DNA from: Pseudobdellovibrionaceae bacterium
GTDB taxonomy: Bacteria; Bdellovibrionota; Bdellovibrionia; Bdellovibrionales; Bdellovibrionaceae
Direction of reading: 5' to 3'
NCBI GenBank assembly: GCA_044359815.1
Contig: JBIKLL010000057.1
Location: 1 to 18,030, forward strand
Length of the DNA stretch: 18,030 nucleotides
The notes under the pieces: model-generated
What the model saw: the letters and a program-made list of their open reading frames with translations, nothing else
Database searches by the model: none
What the model was told of the DNA's origin: nothing
Program-made: the position numbers and the translations under genes
Shown here: positions 15,450-18,030 of the stretch, piece after piece
Layout of the letters: the number at the start of each line of letters is the position of its first letter
Numbering within the stretch: the first letter of the stretch is position 1

Positions 15450-16700
15450 ATGAATCAAGAACCTGAGACACAGCAGTTGTCCAAGGCGGAAATGGCCCAA
15501 TATGAAAAGGTCATTCCCATGTGGAAAATTGTTTTCACACAGTTCAAAGAACACCGCATGGCCATGATTGGCCTGATTGTGATTTCATTGTTTGCAACCA
15601 TCGCCATCAGTGCAGATTTGATCTCAAAAATAACGGGCCTTGATCCCCAAGTTCAAAATCCACTAAACAGATATTCTGGAGTAATGACCGAAAGCTACCA
15701 GTCACACGAAATACGCGAAGAACGGCTGCAAAAATTCATAGATAAAAATCCAGATATGAGCCGTTTGATTGCAACCAATTTAAATGAAATCTTGATTCAT
15801 GAAACCGCAACCGTTGTTGATCCCACTGAAATCAGGACAGAGGATCAATCGGGGGTGGTAGATCCCAATCAGAGTTTATTCAATCTGGTAGCCAAAGACC
15901 GTGAAGAAGCCTTTCAGATTCTGGGCAAAATTAATGTGGCCGGAAAAGATGAATTTGAAAAACTGTTTAATGGCTTTGTTAAAACACATGTTTTTGGAAC
16001 TGATGAATTGGGTCGGGATGTTTTGATCCGTTTGATATATGGAACCAGAGTTTCTATGGGTGTGGGTTTGCTGGTTGCGCTGTCCTCTGCCTTGATTGGA
16101 TTACTGATTGGCAGCATGGCTGGTTTTTATGGTGGCACCCTGGATGCATTGCTGATGCGACTGACGGATGCTTTGTTGGCTTTACCTATTTTACCTATAC
16201 AAATTATCATTGCAGCTGTGGATCTGAACAAACTGCCTTTTATCAAATCAATGGTAGGGGCTCAGAGCGAAAATATTGTGAAATTAGTTTTTATATTAGT
16301 GATGTTTTCGTGGATGACGACGGCCCTGTTGGTTCGTGGAGCGATTTTATCACTGCGTGAGCGCGAATTTATATTGGCTGCCAGAACCCTGGGCGCCACT
16401 GACAGAATGATAATTGTTCGACATTTATTTCCGAACGTGATGGCTCCATTGCTAGTCAGTGTTACATTGGGCGTGGGGGAATCGATTTTATTTGAAGCTG
16501 CATTAAGTTTCTTAGGATTAGGAATTCAGCAACCCACTCCTAGCTGGGGAAACATGCTATTTAATGCACAAGATCTTATAACTGAGGCACCTTTTTTAGC
16601 TATATTGCCTGGTTTATTGATTTTGGCGACGACCATTTCATTTAACTATTTAGGCGACGGGCTTCAGGATGCAATAGATCCAAAAGCAGTGCGCCGATAA
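15450..16700 (+). CDS. oppC: peptide ABC transporter permease (OppC/DppC type) with an enlarged extracytoplasmic loop
   Basis: ATG at 15450 after GAGGTG; HVFGTDELGRD, REFILAARTLGA, LSFLGLG, PSWGNML and GDGLQDAIDP. Confidence 0.93.
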   Translation: MNQEPETQQLSKAEMAQYEKVIPMWKIVFTQFKEHRMAMIGLIVISLFATIAISADLISKITGLDPQVQNPLNRYSGVMTESYQSHEIREERLQKFIDKNPDMSRLIATNLNEILIHETATVVDPTEIRTEDQSGVVDPNQSLFNLVAKDREEAFQILGKINVAGKDEFEKLFNGFVKTHVFGTDELGRDVLIRLIYGTRVSMGVGLLVALSSALIGLLIGSMAGFYGGTLDALLMRLTDALLALPILPIQIIIAAVDLNKLPFIKSMVGAQSENIVKLVFILVMFSWMTTALLVRGAILSLREREFILAARTLGATDRMIIVRHLFPNVMAPLLVSVTLGVGESILFEAALSFLGLGIQQPTPSWGNMLFNAQDLITEAPFLAILPGLLILATTISFNYLGDGLQDAIDPKAVRR

Positions 16701-16809
16701 TTTACCTTTTTTTGAATTGATTATTTACAGACACAAAATCTAGTCAGATTTTTTCAAATTGCTTTATGAGTTTTTAATCACTTACAGCCCATTTATTTCA
16801 AAACAATAC

Positions 16810-16825
16810 AGGCACGGTACTTGTA
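16810..16825 (+). promoter_or_regulatory. candidate sigma54 (-24/-12) promoter
   Basis: AGGCACG-GTAC-TTGTA against consensus TGGCACG-N4-TTGC(A/T). GG-N10 spacing is correct, but the -12 element is GT rather than GC. Confidence 0.4.
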
Positions 16826-16899
16826 ACATACCTTTTTGAGAGTCTAGTTTTATTTTTTGCAAAGCCTTGGCTTTAAGCCTTAGGCAGAAAGGAGAGATT

Positions 16900-17964
16900 A
16901 TGTTACGACAAGTGGGCCTGTCTAAGACAATCTCTGCGACCATGATGGTTCTTTCGATGTTTGCTGCTGGATGCAGTAAAGTAGAACCTGCATTTCTAGA
17001 AGATCCCAATTGGCAATCTGCCGTAGCACCGGGTGAATCCACGGGCTTAGTCAGTGGCATAGCCAATATGAAAACAGAATCTTTTAAACAAACCAACGAT
17101 CAAAAAATCGACATTTTAGTTGTAATTGATAACTCGGGCTCAATGGGCGCCGACCAAGAAAAAATTGGTATGAGGTTTAATAACTTTATCAGTTCACTTG
17201 CCAATAAAAATTGGCAGATCGGAATCACCACGACAGCTGTTGAAGGTGGATCCTATTCTACCAACGGTGAATTGTTGGATCTGACTGGAGCCTCTGGCGC
17301 CATCATCACACCCACAACACCAAATGCTCAGGACGTGTTTTACCAAACAGTCGTCCGTGACGAAAGCAATGGTTGTTCTGGTTGCTTGACTGGTAGCGAA
17401 CAGCCCATGAAAGCCATCAAAATGGCCCTCGAGAAAAAAGACACAGCCAATGCTAATTTCTTCCGTCAAGGAGCTGATTTTGCAGCGTTGATTTTAAGTG
17501 ACGAAGATGAACAATCTAATCGCCCAACAACTGCTACTGCACCCATCGATGTTCTGAATACATTTAGAAATGCATTTGGCACCAGCAAAAGATTCACGGC
17601 ACATTCATTTGTAATCAAACCAGGTGATACTTCTTGTCTGGCAACTCAGACATCGCAACTGTCAGATGGTAACACCAGCTACTACGGTTCGGCGGCGGCA
17701 GAATTGTCGCAATTGACTGGTGGTAAACTGCAGTCAATTTGTGATGAGGATTTTGGACAGTCACTGAATGAAGTCAGTGCCAATCTGTTAACGCTTATTA
17801 CCCGAATCGATCTGAAAGAATCACCTAAGCCTGGTACAACAATCATCGAGCTTGATCCCGCAGATACGACAGTTAGATTTCAAGTTCAGGGTAAAACAGT
17901 GGTTTTTCAAAAACCACCTAAGGCTGGAACTGATATTAAGATTAGTTATCAGTCAGCGAATTAA
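16900..17964 (+). CDS. vWA-domain lipoprotein
   Basis: ATG at 16900 after AAGGAG, lipobox-like AAGC, MIDAS motif DILVVIDNSGSM, ILSDEDE and paired Cys. Confidence 0.85.
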   Translation: MLRQVGLSKTISATMMVLSMFAAGCSKVEPAFLEDPNWQSAVAPGESTGLVSGIANMKTESFKQTNDQKIDILVVIDNSGSMGADQEKIGMRFNNFISSLANKNWQIGITTTAVEGGSYSTNGELLDLTGASGAIITPTTPNAQDVFYQTVVRDESNGCSGCLTGSEQPMKAIKMALEKKDTANANFFRQGADFAALILSDEDEQSNRPTTATAPIDVLNTFRNAFGTSKRFTAHSFVIKPGDTSCLATQTSQLSDGNTSYYGSAAAELSQLTGGKLQSICDEDFGQSLNEVSANLLTLITRIDLKESPKPGTTIIELDPADTTVRFQVQGKTVVFQKPPKAGTDIKISYQSAN

Positions 17965-18030
17965 TTTTATTTCTGAGCTGAGTTTGAAGTGAGTACCAGT
18001 TTTGTGAAGGGTTTAACCAAAACTTTGCCA

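Noticed and set aside
10729..16899. Upstream starts given by the ORF track (2416, 10729, 12753, 14453, 15405, 16867)
   Set aside because: Downstream starts (2398, 10762, 12777, 14468, 15450, 16900) have well-spaced SDs or ATGA coupling and give proper N-termini.
179..17469. Short ORFs antisense to or overlapping the long genes (e.g. 179..376, 766..960, 3774..3992, 7420..7839, 8065..8394, 8838..9035, 16782..17096)
   Set aside because: These are shadow frames of well-supported genes with no motifs or RBS.
1..18030. tRNA or rRNA genes
   Set aside because: No cloverleaf/T-loop pattern or rRNA-like stretch is seen in the intergenic regions.

Overview
The window is bacterial and AT-rich. The gene set (FadE, SohB, an oppD-F-A-B-C operon, a vWA lipoprotein, orphan secreted proteins) suggests Bdellovibrionota/Oligoflexia, which is inference only. 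From 3293 to 18030 it is mostly housekeeping: fadE, mutM, a Zn-dependent alcohol dehydrogenase, a VC0807-like membrane protein, a Pro-rich secreted protein, sohB, a peptide ABC transporter operon and a vWA lipoprotein. Positions 1-3290 form an accessory region. It holds an XRE-HTH / probable AbiEii pair, two orphan secreted proteins and two inverted copies (~92% identical by hand count) of a ~430-bp module. Each copy encodes an unannotated 36/47-aa cationic-hydrophobic peptide on a transcript predicted to be highly structured, with a sequestered SD, nested 5'-3' pairing and an antisense-strand terminator: a candidate type I toxin-antitoxin family that I do not recognise. Separately, a long-hairpin repeat occurs twice (3059-3232 and 8613-8913). 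The copies share a near-identical GC-rich core around a variable 22-23-nt loop, and their arms differ in sequence but stay self-complementary. All alignments and pairings were made by eye and need computational confirmation.
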